DNA of 64,000 nt from Dehalococcoidia bacterium (GTDB lineage Bacteria; Chloroflexota; Dehalococcoidia; Lucifugimonadales; UBA3495): assembly GCA_965204685.1 (NCBI GenBank), contig OZ242004.1:79091-143090 (forward strand), in the 5' to 3' direction. Below are positions 35,991 to 45,167 of the stretch, piece by piece (the first letter of the stretch is position 1; each line of letters opens with the position of its first letter). A program made the position numbers and the translations under genes. The notes below the pieces were generated by a model, which ran no database searches, was not told where the DNA came from, and saw nothing but the letters and a program-made list of their open reading frames with translations.

Positions 35991-36104
35991 GGTGTTGTTT
36001 CCTTGTGGGTAGATTCCGGCTGCTGGCGAACTTCGATCCATATCCGGACACTGACAGTCCCCAAGGGGAACCACGACCTCCAGCGGAGCGGAAAGCGGCG
36101 CAAA

Positions 36105-36185
36105 CTTACACCAGCAACGGTATTTCAGTCCGTATTTTTAGAGCCTCTTTTGTATGGGTTGGTGTATGCTTGCGCCTGATCAGCC
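36105..36185. promoter_or_regulatory. conserved AT-rich control block, copy 3 (between gene C and the fused kinase-regulator)
   Basis: CTTACACCAGCAACGGTATTTCAGTCCGTATTTTTAGAGCCTCTTTTGTATGGGTTGGTGTATGCTTGCG. GTAT-core boxes at 36120, 36132, 36152 and 36164. Confidence 0.55.
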
Positions 36186-36254
36186 ATACAGTCGGGCCCG
36201 GACCCCGAAGGCCGTTGCCACAACGCCGGCGGCAGTCCGGGCCGGGAGGAATAC

Positions 36255-38690
36255 ATGGACCAGCCGGAACAGCCATACCGGGAGATCCAGGCGCTTCAGG
36301 AGCGTCTGTCCCGCCTGAGTGAGGCCAGCCGCCGCATCAACGAGAGCCTGGACTTCGACGCCGTGCTCCAGGGGGTCCTGGACTCGGCCCGCTCCCTGAC
36401 CGCCGCCCGCCACGGGGTGATGATCCTCTTCGACGAAGGGGGACAGGTCCAGGACTTCCTGTCCTCGGGGTTGACCGGGGAGGAGTCCGGGCGGCTCTGG
36501 CTGATGCCCGAGGGACTGCGCATCTTCCAGGCTCTCACCGACATCTCCGAACCGGTGCGGCTGCCCGACCTGACGGCCCACGTCCACGCCCTGGGCTTCA
36601 CGGACTTCACCATTCCCATGGCGGTGGGCCCGGTCTTCCGCTTCCTGGCGGCGCCCATGTTTCACCAGGGAGTGCGGGTGGGCCACGTGTTCGTGGGCGG
36701 CAAGGACGATGGTGAGGAGTTCACCCAGGCCGATGAGGAGACGTTGGTGATGTTCGCGTCCCAGGCGGCCCTGGTCATCGCCAACGCCGGCGCCCACCGG
36801 GAGGAACGACGGGCCCGGGCCGACCTGGAGACCCTGGTGAACACGTCTCCGGTGGGCGTGGTGGTCTTCGACGCCCAGACGGGTCTGCCGGCGTCGGTGA
36901 ACCGGGAGGCCGTGCGCATCGTGGACGGCCTGCGGGAGGAAGGTCAGCCGGTCGAGGACCTGCTGGAGGTGTTGACCTGCGTGCGGGGCGACGGCCGGGA
37001 GGTCTCCCTGCGGGACTTCACCCTGGCGGAGTTGCTCAGCTCCGGGGAGACGGTCAGGTCCGAGGAGATCACGCTGCGGGTCCCCGATGGTCCCAGCATC
37101 GGCGTGCTGCTCAACGCCACCCCCATCCAGGGTGAGGACGGAGGGGTGACGTCGTTCGTGGTGACCCTGCAGGACCTGACTCCGCTGGAGGAACAGGAGC
37201 GGCTGCGGGCCGAGTTCCTGGCCATGGTCAGCCACGAGCTCAGGACCCCATTGGCGGCGGTGAAGGGGTCGGTGGACACGCTGCTGGAGGCGGCGGGGGA
37301 GCTGGACCCGGCGGAGACGGCCCAGTTCCACCGCATCATCCGGGACCAGTCGGACCGGATGCGCCACCTGATCGGCGACCTCCTGGATGTGGCGCGCATC
37401 GAGACCGGCCACCTGCCGGTGACGCCCGAGCCCTCGGAGTTGTCAACCCTGGTGGAGGAGGCGGTGAGCCGGTTCACGGCCGGAGGAGACAGGAACCCGC
37501 TGAGCGTGGAGTTGGCGGAGGACCTGCCCCTGGTGCTGGCCGACAAGCTGCGCGTCCTCCAGGTGTTGGGCAACCTGCTCTCCAACGCCGCCGGCTACTC
37601 GCCGGAGGGTTCACCCATCGTGGTGAGCGCGGTGCGCGATGGGGTGCACGTGGCGGTGTCGGTTACCGACCGGGGCCGGGGCATACCGGCGGAGTTGCTG
37701 CCGGAGCTGTTCCGCAAGTTCTCGCGGGCTTCTGAACGGGACACGGCATCGGCCGTGGACGGGTCGGGGCTGGGTCTCGCCATCTGCCGGGGGATCGTGG
37801 AAGCCCACGGGGGCCGCATCTGGGCCGAGAGCGACGGCCCGGGGCTGGGGGCCCGGTTCACCTTCACCCTGCCGGCTTCGGAGACCGCGGCCTTTGTCGC
37901 TACGGCTCCCGCCTCCGGCGGCTCCCGGCGGCAGGCCCGGGGCCGGGTGCGCGTGCTGGCCGTGGACGACGACCCCCAGGCTTTGCGCTACGTGCGGGAC
38001 GTGCTCACCCGGGCCGGCTACGCGGCCGTGGTCACCGGCGACCCGGCCGACGTGCCCCGGCTCATGTCCGAACACAAGCCCCACCTGGCCCTGCTGGACC
38101 TGGTGCTCCCGGACACCGACGGCATCGAGCTGATGCACCAGGTCCACCGCATCGCGGAGGTGCCGGTGATCTTCCTGTCGGAATACGGCCAGGGCGACAC
38201 CGTGGCCCGGGCCTTCGACATGGGAGCGACGGACTACGTGGTCAAGCCCTTCTCGCACACCGAGCTGGCGGCCCGGATAAGGGCGGCGCTGCGCCGGGGG
38301 GTGGAACCCTCCCCGGGGGAGCCATCGGCGCCCCACGTCCTGGGGGAGCTGAGCATCGACTACGCCCGGCGCCAGGCGACCCTGGCCGGGGAGCCGGTGG
38401 AGCTGACGGCCACGGAGTACGCGGTGCTGTACCAGCTGGCGGTGCAGGCCCCCAACGTGCTGACCCACGGCCTGCTGCTCCGGCGGGTGTGGGGGCCGGA
38501 GCGGGTGGGCGAGGGCTGGCTGCTGCGGGACGTGGTGAAGCGGCTGCGCCGCAAGCTGGGGGATTCCGCCGCCAACCCCAGGTACATCGTCACCGAGCCC
38601 CGAGTGGGGTATAGGATGGCGGCGGAGATGGAGGAGCCATCGTCGTCCTATCCAGGGAACGTGGCGCCCGGCGCGGATGGTGTTATCTGA
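36255..38690 (+). CDS. cytoplasmic fused two-component protein: GAF-PAS-HisKA-HATPase_c-REC-OmpR/PhoB winged helix (811 aa)
   Basis: GGGAGGA RBS. No TM segment. The GAF-like region runs LDFDAVLQGVLDSARSL..VFVGGKD and is followed by a PAS-like region. H-box: FLAMVSHELRTPL. ATPase motifs: NLLSNAAGYSP, DRGRGIP, GSGLGLAICRGIVEAHGG. Receiver: RVLAVDDDP..LALLDLVLPDTDG..DYVVKPF. wHTH: ELTATEYAVLYQLA..YIVTEPRVGYRM. Confidence 0.92.
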   Translation: MDQPEQPYREIQALQERLSRLSEASRRINESLDFDAVLQGVLDSARSLTAARHGVMILFDEGGQVQDFLSSGLTGEESGRLWLMPEGLRIFQALTDISEPVRLPDLTAHVHALGFTDFTIPMAVGPVFRFLAAPMFHQGVRVGHVFVGGKDDGEEFTQADEETLVMFASQAALVIANAGAHREERRARADLETLVNTSPVGVVVFDAQTGLPASVNREAVRIVDGLREEGQPVEDLLEVLTCVRGDGREVSLRDFTLAELLSSGETVRSEEITLRVPDGPSIGVLLNATPIQGEDGGVTSFVVTLQDLTPLEEQERLRAEFLAMVSHELRTPLAAVKGSVDTLLEAAGELDPAETAQFHRIIRDQSDRMRHLIGDLLDVARIETGHLPVTPEPSELSTLVEEAVSRFTAGGDRNPLSVELAEDLPLVLADKLRVLQVLGNLLSNAAGYSPEGSPIVVSAVRDGVHVAVSVTDRGRGIPAELLPELFRKFSRASERDTASAVDGSGLGLAICRGIVEAHGGRIWAESDGPGLGARFTFTLPASETAAFVATAPASGGSRRQARGRVRVLAVDDDPQALRYVRDVLTRAGYAAVVTGDPADVPRLMSEHKPHLALLDLVLPDTDGIELMHQVHRIAEVPVIFLSEYGQGDTVARAFDMGATDYVVKPFSHTELAARIRAALRRGVEPSPGEPSAPHVLGELSIDYARRQATLAGEPVELTATEYAVLYQLAVQAPNVLTHGLLLRRVWGPERVGEGWLLRDVVKRLRRKLGDSAANPRYIVTEPRVGYRMAAEMEEPSSSYPGNVAPGADGVI

Positions 38691-38724
38691 CTGGGTGTCA
38701 GGTTCAAGTTCCTTGCCAAAGGAT

Positions 38725-38754
38725 GCGGGCGTCCGGACACGGCCGGACGCCCGC
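38725..38754. terminator. GC-rich hairpin after the fused kinase-regulator
   Basis: GCGGGCGTCCGG-acacgg-CCGGACGCCCGC, between convergent genes. Homolog of 164..193. Confidence 0.5.
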
Positions 38755-38913
38755 GTTATCGGGCTTGGCGCGCCGGAGGGCCGTTGGCCGCTTCCGCCGT
38801 CTTATGGTCTTGTTCTGCCAGGCCCCGGCAAGGGGATGCCGGCTTGGGATCCGCTCCTGCCTGCCGTTCCGGTTACGGACGCGGAGCCGGAACGGGCTTC
38901 CGACGGTGCCGCA

Positions 38914-39369
38914 TCAGTTGCCGGACAGGGTGACCTGGACGGTGTCCGACCAGGGGCCCAGTTCCCCGGTCAGGTTCCTGGCCCGCACCTTCACTTCATA
39001 GGTCGCCCCGCTGCTCAGGCCGGCGACGCCGCACGCCAGTTCCTCGGGGGCCGGGTCGGGGCCGGAAGTGGTGACCGTCTCCGTTTGGTGATCCGTGTCG
39101 TCGGCCGCGTTCATCACGAACACTATGTAGTCGGTGATGGGGGACGCTCCGGGCGTGGCAGCGTCCCAGGTGACGTCTATGCTGCCCGAAATCTCCTGGT
39201 TCTCGGCGGCGGCGACGCCGGCGACCTTGCCGGGAGCATCCTCGGGGGAACTGTGCGAAGCCTCCGCCGTAGCAGGCACTCCCAGGAGGGGTAGCGCAAG
39301 CATGACGGCGGCCAGCAGGACAGAGAAAGCCGGGACGCGCCGGACGGGGAGCGTTGCTTTGTTGAACAT
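38914..39369 (-). CDS. small secreted fibronectin type III domain protein (paralog of 334..789)
   Basis: AAGGAGG lies 7 nt upstream. MFNKATLPVRRVPAFSVLLAAVMLALPLLG is the signal. SIDVTWDAATPGASPITDYIVFVMNAADD..TYEVKVRARNLTGELGPWSD. Confidence 0.8.
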   Translation of the reverse strand: MFNKATLPVRRVPAFSVLLAAVMLALPLLGVPATAEASHSSPEDAPGKVAGVAAAENQEISGSIDVTWDAATPGASPITDYIVFVMNAADDTDHQTETVTTSGPDPAPEELACGVAGLSSGATYEVKVRARNLTGELGPWSDTVQVTLSGN

Positions 39370-39668
39370 GGGAGTACCTCCTTGACAGGGTATTGTGAAC
39401 GGTCTTCAGCAGCCTGCCGCCGGCCTGGGGTTGCGACGGCTACTGATAATTAGTATTACGTTGCATGATTTATCTCGGTTTCATCGCCGCCCCCGCCAGC
39501 CCGCCAGCGCCCCGCTTGCTCCTGGACCACTTTGGGCGTTGCGACGCAATCGTATATCTGGACGTCCACACTGTCCGATTCTCCGCTGCATCGTTCGTCT
39601 ATCCTGCGTCCATCAAGGCCGCCGACCACTGAAAAATCTCATCACCGGCGGCGGCGCAGGAGGGAACA

Positions 39669-40310
39669 ATGTTCAACGGGATGCGCAACATCAGGAGACG
39701 CTGGTTCGCGGTCGCCGGCGCGGTGGCGCTGCTGTCGGTCGGGCTGGTGACCGGCAGCGTCGTGGCTGCCGGCGCCGGGGTCGGTGCGGAAGGTGGGCCG
39801 TTCCATCGCGGCGACGGGCCTCAAGAAAACGGGGGCGGCCACGGCGACCCCGACGCGCTGATGGCCCGGGTGGCCGAGCTACTGGGCGTGGAACCGGCCG
39901 CCCTGGAGGCTGCCTTCGTAACCGCAATGGACGAGCAGAGCGAAATCATATTCGACGCCCATATCGACGGCCTGGTCACCGATGGCGTCCTGACCGGCGA
40001 TCAAGGCAACGAGGGCAGGACTTGGTTCCAGTCCCGCCCGGAGGGCGCCGGCGCCCTGGGTCTCCACTTCTCTGATGGAGCCGACTCTGATTCCGATTCC
40101 GACCCGGTCGATCTGTGGCTGTCCATGCTGGTGGAGACGGGACAACTGACCCAGGAAGAGGCCGCCGGTATCAGGGCGTGGTTCGATGATCGCCCTGCCT
40201 TCCTGGTCAATGCCGACGGCGGGCCCATCGGGGATGGCCCTGGCCATGAACGCTGCCATGACGACGATGGCGGTTCCGCAAGCATCAGCAACGACGACCC
40301 CGAAGCCTAG
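39669..40310 (+). CDS. secreted hypothetical protein
   Basis: AGGAGGG RBS. Signal-like RRRWFAVAGAVALLSVGLVTGSVVAAGAG. Acidic, helical remainder. No family recognised. Confidence 0.6.
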   Translation: MFNGMRNIRRRWFAVAGAVALLSVGLVTGSVVAAGAGVGAEGGPFHRGDGPQENGGGHGDPDALMARVAELLGVEPAALEAAFVTAMDEQSEIIFDAHIDGLVTDGVLTGDQGNEGRTWFQSRPEGAGALGLHFSDGADSDSDSDPVDLWLSMLVETGQLTQEEAAGIRAWFDDRPAFLVNADGGPIGDGPGHERCHDDDGGSASISNDDPEA

Positions 40311-40375
40311 CGCAGTGGCCTACAGTCCTCCACCCCAATGGCTCACGTCGACGTGAACCATCCCTCGGCTGGAGC

Positions 40376-40780
40376 GGTGTGGGAGTACGAACAGAGAGAG
40401 GAATACCAGGAGGTTGAGGCTGCACTCGGCCAGGAGAGCGGCGCCGTCACTGAGCGGCGCTGCTCTCCTATTCGGGAGTGGATACCCAGAGGCGGTGGTC
40501 AAACCTGTCCGTAACTCGCACCGACCCTATCCTGCTGGGTCTCGCCTCTTGGACCACGCTGGCGCCCCATGCCTTGCAGAAACATCGTCCCATTACCCAG
40601 CGCACCACGGTCTGGTACGAGAAACCGTCGCCGACCTTCGTGGACACCATCGCCTTGGAGCGACGCCACCTGTTGCTGATCTCGGAAGATTTCTCACTGT
40701 CGGTCGGCAACCCCGACACGCAGGAATTCCCCGTCGCTCGGTACCACCGAATGGTGGACCCCCTCGGTTACGTGGTTTGA
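40376..40780 (+). pseudogene. C-terminal relic of a DDE transposase (IS701-like by motif)
   Basis: VDTQRRWSNLSVTRTDPILLGLASWTTLAPHAL..TTVWYEKPSPTFVDTIALERRHLL..PVARYHRMVDPLGYVV-stop. This resembles, from memory, the ETQRQWS..LLGLFSLVTL..AWY.K..PTF.D.LA.VRR.LW..L..TLCYA tail. The upstream part (EEYQEVEAALGQE) is in another frame, separated by a 35-nt palindromic insert. No N-terminal or catalytic part is present. Confidence 0.5.
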
Positions 40781-40875
40781 ATTGGGCAAAGCGCAACTCT
40801 AGAATATGAGCTACAAGCAGTTTTTCCGTCTATGCGATTCATAGCAGGGTCGGGTGGCTCGCTAGAGGAGAGTTT

Positions 40876-42660
40876 GTGGCTGGCGGAACCGTCGAGTGCC
40901 ACCGTGATGGCTTTGCGATTTCTTTGCGGGGCGTTGCAGTCCTGGTCTTGGCGCTACTGGTCGTGGTTTCAACTGCCTGCGGGCGCGAGGATTCGCCCGA
41001 CGGCGTAGGGCAAGATGGCAAGTTCAGGGCGGAGGCTACGGAGGAAACGGGAAGCGCCACGCCCCAGCATGCAGGAGATGGTGAGACAGGGCAAATCAAG
41101 TTCCTCTCTGTCAGCGTCGGCTCACGCCACGCCTGCGCGGTGCGGGCGGACAGGTCTGTACTCTGCTGGGGCTACGACGATGATGGCCAGTCCGCTGCCC
41201 CGGATGGGGAGTTCGCCTCGGTCAGTGCCGGAACCAACCACACCTGCGGGGTAAAGACGGACAGCGCCGTAGTCTGCTGGGGCCTTGATTATGACGGTAG
41301 GGCCACGTCGCCAGCCGGGGTGTTCGCCTCCGTCAGCGCCGGGGGCCCTCTTACCTGCGGGGTGAGGATGGACGGCTCTCTCGCCTGCTGGGGCCCAAAC
41401 GACTATGGACAGGCTACGCCGCCGGACGGGGAGTTCGCTTCCGTCAGCGCTGGCTGGTACCACGCCTGCGGGGTGAAACGGGATGGCTCTGTGGAATGCT
41501 GGGGCGATGATGAGGATGGCCAGGCTACTCCCCCGGACGGGGAGTTTGCCTCCGTCAGCGCCCATTCCACACACACCTGTGGGGTGAAGGTGAACGGCTC
41601 CGTCACCTGCTGGGGTTATGATGGATTCACCCAGCCACCCGGGGAATTCGCCTCAGTCAGCTTTGGGCAATTCCAAACCTGCGGGGTGAGGGTCGACGGC
41701 ACCGTCGCCTGTTGGGACTATATTCGCGGTGGCCAAGCCACGCCGCCGGACGGAGAGTTCGCATCTGTCAGCGCCGGGTGGAGCCACACCTGCGGGGTGA
41801 TGTTGGACGGCTCCCTCGCCTGCTGGGGTGAAAAGCCCGAAGAGTTTAACCCGGTTGTGCCGCCGGACGGGGAGTTCGCCTCCGTCAGCGCCGGGACAGA
41901 CCACACCTGCGGGATAAGGACAGACGGCTCCCTCGCCTGCTGGGGCACTGATGATGGACAGGCCACGCCCCCGGCTGGTGAGTTCGCATCCGTCAGCTCA
42001 GGGTTCTTCCACACCTGCGGGGTGAGGACGGACCGCTCCGTTGCCTGCTGGGGGGATGATTTCGAGGATGTTGGACAGATCACGCCGCCGGGTGGGGAAT
42101 TGGCATCCGTCAGCTCAGGGGCGTTCCACACCTGTGGGGTGAGGATGGACGGCTCTCTCGCCTGCTGGGGCCTTAGCGATGGCCTTCTCGATGATGGACA
42201 GGCTACGCCGCCACAGGGGAAGTTTGCTTCCGTCAGCGCCGGATGGGACCACACCTGTGGGGTGAGGACGGACGGCTCCATCGCCTGCTGGGGCGATGAC
42301 GTTCAATCGGATGCGACGCCATCCGGGAAGTTCGCATCTGTCAGCGCAGGTCAGGTCCACACCTGCGGCGTGAAAGTGGACGGCTCCGTAATCTGCTGGG
42401 GCGTTGGTGGCGATGGCCGGACTATGCCGCCGGGTGGAGAGTTCACTTCCGTCAGCACTGGGAGTTATCACGCCTGCGGAGTGAAGGCGGACGGCTCTGT
42501 CGCCTGTTGGGGCTATAATGCCGATGGCCAGGCCACGCCGCCGGAGGGGAAGTTCACCTCCGTCAGCGCAGGACAGGACCACACCTGCGGGGTGAAACGG
42601 GATGGCTCTGTGGAATGCTGGGGGCCGCCGATTGTATTGCCCCCGTGGTTCGGCAAATAA
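40876..42660 (+). CDS. RCC1-like repeat (beta-propeller) protein, probable lipoprotein or secreted
   Basis: GTG start with GAGGAG 5 nt upstream. LALLVVVSTACG is signal/lipobox-like. About 14 repeats of DGEFASVSAG..HTCGV..DGS..CWG.....GQATPP. Confidence 0.85.
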   Translation: MAGGTVECHRDGFAISLRGVAVLVLALLVVVSTACGREDSPDGVGQDGKFRAEATEETGSATPQHAGDGETGQIKFLSVSVGSRHACAVRADRSVLCWGYDDDGQSAAPDGEFASVSAGTNHTCGVKTDSAVVCWGLDYDGRATSPAGVFASVSAGGPLTCGVRMDGSLACWGPNDYGQATPPDGEFASVSAGWYHACGVKRDGSVECWGDDEDGQATPPDGEFASVSAHSTHTCGVKVNGSVTCWGYDGFTQPPGEFASVSFGQFQTCGVRVDGTVACWDYIRGGQATPPDGEFASVSAGWSHTCGVMLDGSLACWGEKPEEFNPVVPPDGEFASVSAGTDHTCGIRTDGSLACWGTDDGQATPPAGEFASVSSGFFHTCGVRTDRSVACWGDDFEDVGQITPPGGELASVSSGAFHTCGVRMDGSLACWGLSDGLLDDGQATPPQGKFASVSAGWDHTCGVRTDGSIACWGDDVQSDATPSGKFASVSAGQVHTCGVKVDGSVICWGVGGDGRTMPPGGEFTSVSTGSYHACGVKADGSVACWGYNADGQATPPEGKFTSVSAGQDHTCGVKRDGSVECWGPPIVLPPWFGK

Positions 42661-42845
42661 CTGCTGGCCAGTTTTTGAGCCGCGGCGGTGACGGCCTTGG
42701 TGGCATCCAGCTGGTCCTTCTTTCGTCGCAGGGAAGCGTCCAGAGCACAGTCGGAGCGGTGCAGCGCGTTGGCGGCCAGACCCAGCGCCGTCATCCCAGG
42801 GTTGGTACTGGGTTTGTTTTTCAGCTCATGTAGGGTGAACGTCCC
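42661..42845 (-). pseudogene. possible IS110-family transposase C-terminal relic
   Basis: Minus-strand reading LHELKNKPSTNPGMTALGLAANALHRSDCALDASLRRKKDQLDATKAVTAAAQKLASSYL resembles the ..LR.AL..AA..A.R....L..FY.R....GK....A..AVARKL tail. Motif-level only. Confidence 0.3.
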
Positions 42846-42962
42846 CATACAGATGGGGGAGTTTGGCTGCGAGCGGTCGCTGCGAACCCTGCGTCTCGGC
42901 AACGGGTTGGGCGGGAATCTGGTACATTGCGCCGGCGATTTCGGGATGATGTTCACAGTGTG

Positions 42963-44360
42963 ATGATCGACACGGGACAACCGCCAGTGCGTCTGCCGCT
43001 GGTCAATAAACTGCTGTTTGCCGCCGACCATGTCGGCTTGCAGGCCATGTCCTACTTCCGGCAGCAGTGGGTGCTGTTCTTTCTGGCGCCGCCGGCCGTG
43101 GCGGGCTTTAGCCGTGTTCCCGACGTGGCGCTGTTGGGCTTTGACATTGACGCCCGGGTGGTGGCCGGGGTTTTGATCTTCGCCGGCCGATTCGTCGACG
43201 CGTTCACGGACCCGCTGATCGGCTGTGGAGCGACCGGACACGGAGCCGTTGGGGACGGCGGATACCGTTCATCCTGTTCAGCACGCCGTTTTACGCGGCG
43301 TTCGGGGCGCTGGTGTGGTTTCTGCCCACGGAGGGAAGCAGCTGGTGGAACGCGCTGTACTTCGTGCTGATGCTCGAATTGTTCTTCACGGCGGCGACCA
43401 TGTCCAGCGGAGCGCTGGAGGCGCTGGTGCCGGAGCTGACCAGGACGGCGCAGGACCGGATGAACGTGGTGTGCCTGATCTTCTTGTTTGCGGTGGCCGG
43501 AGCGGGGGCTGGGGCTGGTGATGGGCGGTTTCATCAAGGATGCCTACGGGCTCCAGGTCGCAGGGACGGTCTTTGCATTGCTGGCGCTGGTGTTCAGGTA
43601 TCTGTCGCTGCGGGCGGTGTGGAACCGCGCGCCGCGCGACACTGCGCCGGCGCAGGTTTCCTTTTGGAGCGGGCTGAAGGACACGCTGCAAAATTCGCAG
43701 TTCGTGGCGTTTCTGCCGACCTTCGTGATGTTCACCACTGGGGTCGGGCTGCTGCAGGGCTGGGTGCCGTTTTTCGCGGTGGCAGTGCTGCGGCAGGACC
43801 GGGACGGGGCGGCGTCGGGTTTGCTGTCCATGAGCGTCATCGCCGGCGTGGTGGTGGCCGGAGTCGTTTTCTGGGGCCTGCTCAGGGCTGGACGGGTCAG
43901 TAAGCGGCGCATGTACGGGGTGTGCTTGGTGGCGAGCGGCCTGCTGTTCCCGCTGTTGGGACTGGTTGGCCTGGCACTGCCCGGCGGCCTGCTGCTGCAG
44001 GGACTGGCGTTCATGTTCATCGCCGGCATGCCCATGGCGGCGGTGTTCCTGCTGCCCAAGGGACTGACCGCCGACATCGCCGACTACGACGCTCTGGTCA
44101 GGGGAGAGCGCAGGGAGGCGATGTTCTACGCGACGCAGAACTTCTTCGAGAAGGTGACCTACGCGCTGCCGCCGCTGCTGCTGAGCCTGGTGTTGCAGTT
44201 GGGAGACTCGGCGGAGCATCCGTTGGGGATCAGACTGGCGCCCCTGCTGGCCGGCGGGCTGGTGCTGCTGGGGTTTGCGCTGTGGCCGCGCTACCGGCTG
44301 CCCGACACCATCAATCGGGAGACGGTGACGGCGGTGGGGCTGCTGCGGCCGGCGGTTTGA
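42963..44360 (+). pseudogene. MFS/GPH-family transporter disrupted by two frameshifts (or assembly indels)
   Basis: The protein is readable across three ORF-track pieces:
- 42927..43370: ..FAGRFVDAFTDPLIG
- 43313..43903: LWSDRTRSRWGRRIPFILFSTPFYAAF..
- 43488..44360: GLVMGGFIKDAYG.. through TM segments to the stop
Frame changes lie near 43223 and near 43505 (a G-run). Confidence 0.65.
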
Positions 44361-44678
44361 GGGCAACGAAAAGCTGCCGTATGGGAGTTCCCCAATTCGG
44401 GGTTGAGGATGGCGCAGTTCCATATGGCGGGATATTGCTGCGTCTCGGTCTCTGTTGACGTATCCTCCGGCGGTTCCTATACTCGGCCCACTCGGTTTTA
44501 GGCTGGTGAAAATTATCACATTGGCGGTTCGCTTTCGGACTGTGTGGAGACGTCGAGCTCTCCAATGGGCGTTGGCAACTACCGGTATCGCTCGGGCATC
44601 AGTCTTGGCCGCTCGTCAATAGGCTGGTACGCGTCTATTGAGTTACCCCAAAGGAAACGGAACGATTGGGTACAATGT

Positions 44679-45167
44679 ATGAGCGATGGCACACTCAGCT
44701 TGGACGACTTCAGGGCCCGTTACTCGTTGAGGCCGCCTCAAAAGGAGGCGCTCGTTCGTGAAACCAAGCGTCTCGGAGAAGTCCGATTCTTGGAGGGAGC
44801 TCCGGCGACTGATGTATCTTTCGGTGCCCCGCCTCGCACTGCGGGAAAGGGTTTCAACACGTACCTCTGGGTAATCGATCAGCGAGGTGTTCCCTACATT
44901 TTGGAGGAGGAGTTGCCGGAACTTTGCGGGGAGAAGCCGAAACACACCAACCTGACCGAGGGGCGCTCGGCGTACATGGGTGGAGAGTTGTGGTTCCAGA
45001 CACACTCTTCGCTGTGGTTATCCGGTAAGTCAGGGCGGTACGGCCCTCAGACGTCGGTTGAGCTTGATGATTCGGTCGCGGTTTTCCGGTGGTTTGGCTA
45101 CACGGTCCGATCACTGGGTTGGGACGATGCCGCTGGATGGTCCAAGGCGATATTGGAGGAGCCATGA
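44679..45167 (+). CDS. uncharacterised 162-aa protein, translationally coupled to the downstream HTH-ImmA-like gene
   Basis: ATG 44679 (MSDGTLSLDDF). Its TGA overlaps the downstream ATG as ATGA at 45164-45167. Contains KHTNLTEGRSAYMGGELWF..LSGKSGRYGP. No family recognised. Confidence 0.6.
   Translation: MSDGTLSLDDFRARYSLRPPQKEALVRETKRLGEVRFLEGAPATDVSFGAPPRTAGKGFNTYLWVIDQRGVPYILEEELPELCGEKPKHTNLTEGRSAYMGGELWFQTHSSLWLSGKSGRYGPQTSVELDDSVAVFRWFGYTVRSLGWDDAAGWSKAILEEP

Noticed and set aside
42513-43241. 242-aa minus-strand ORF overlapping the RCC1 3' end and the transporter 5' end.
   Set aside because: Only its middle ~60 residues resemble anything (IS110-like tail, reported separately at low confidence). 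The rest is antisense to better-supported plus-strand coding sequence.
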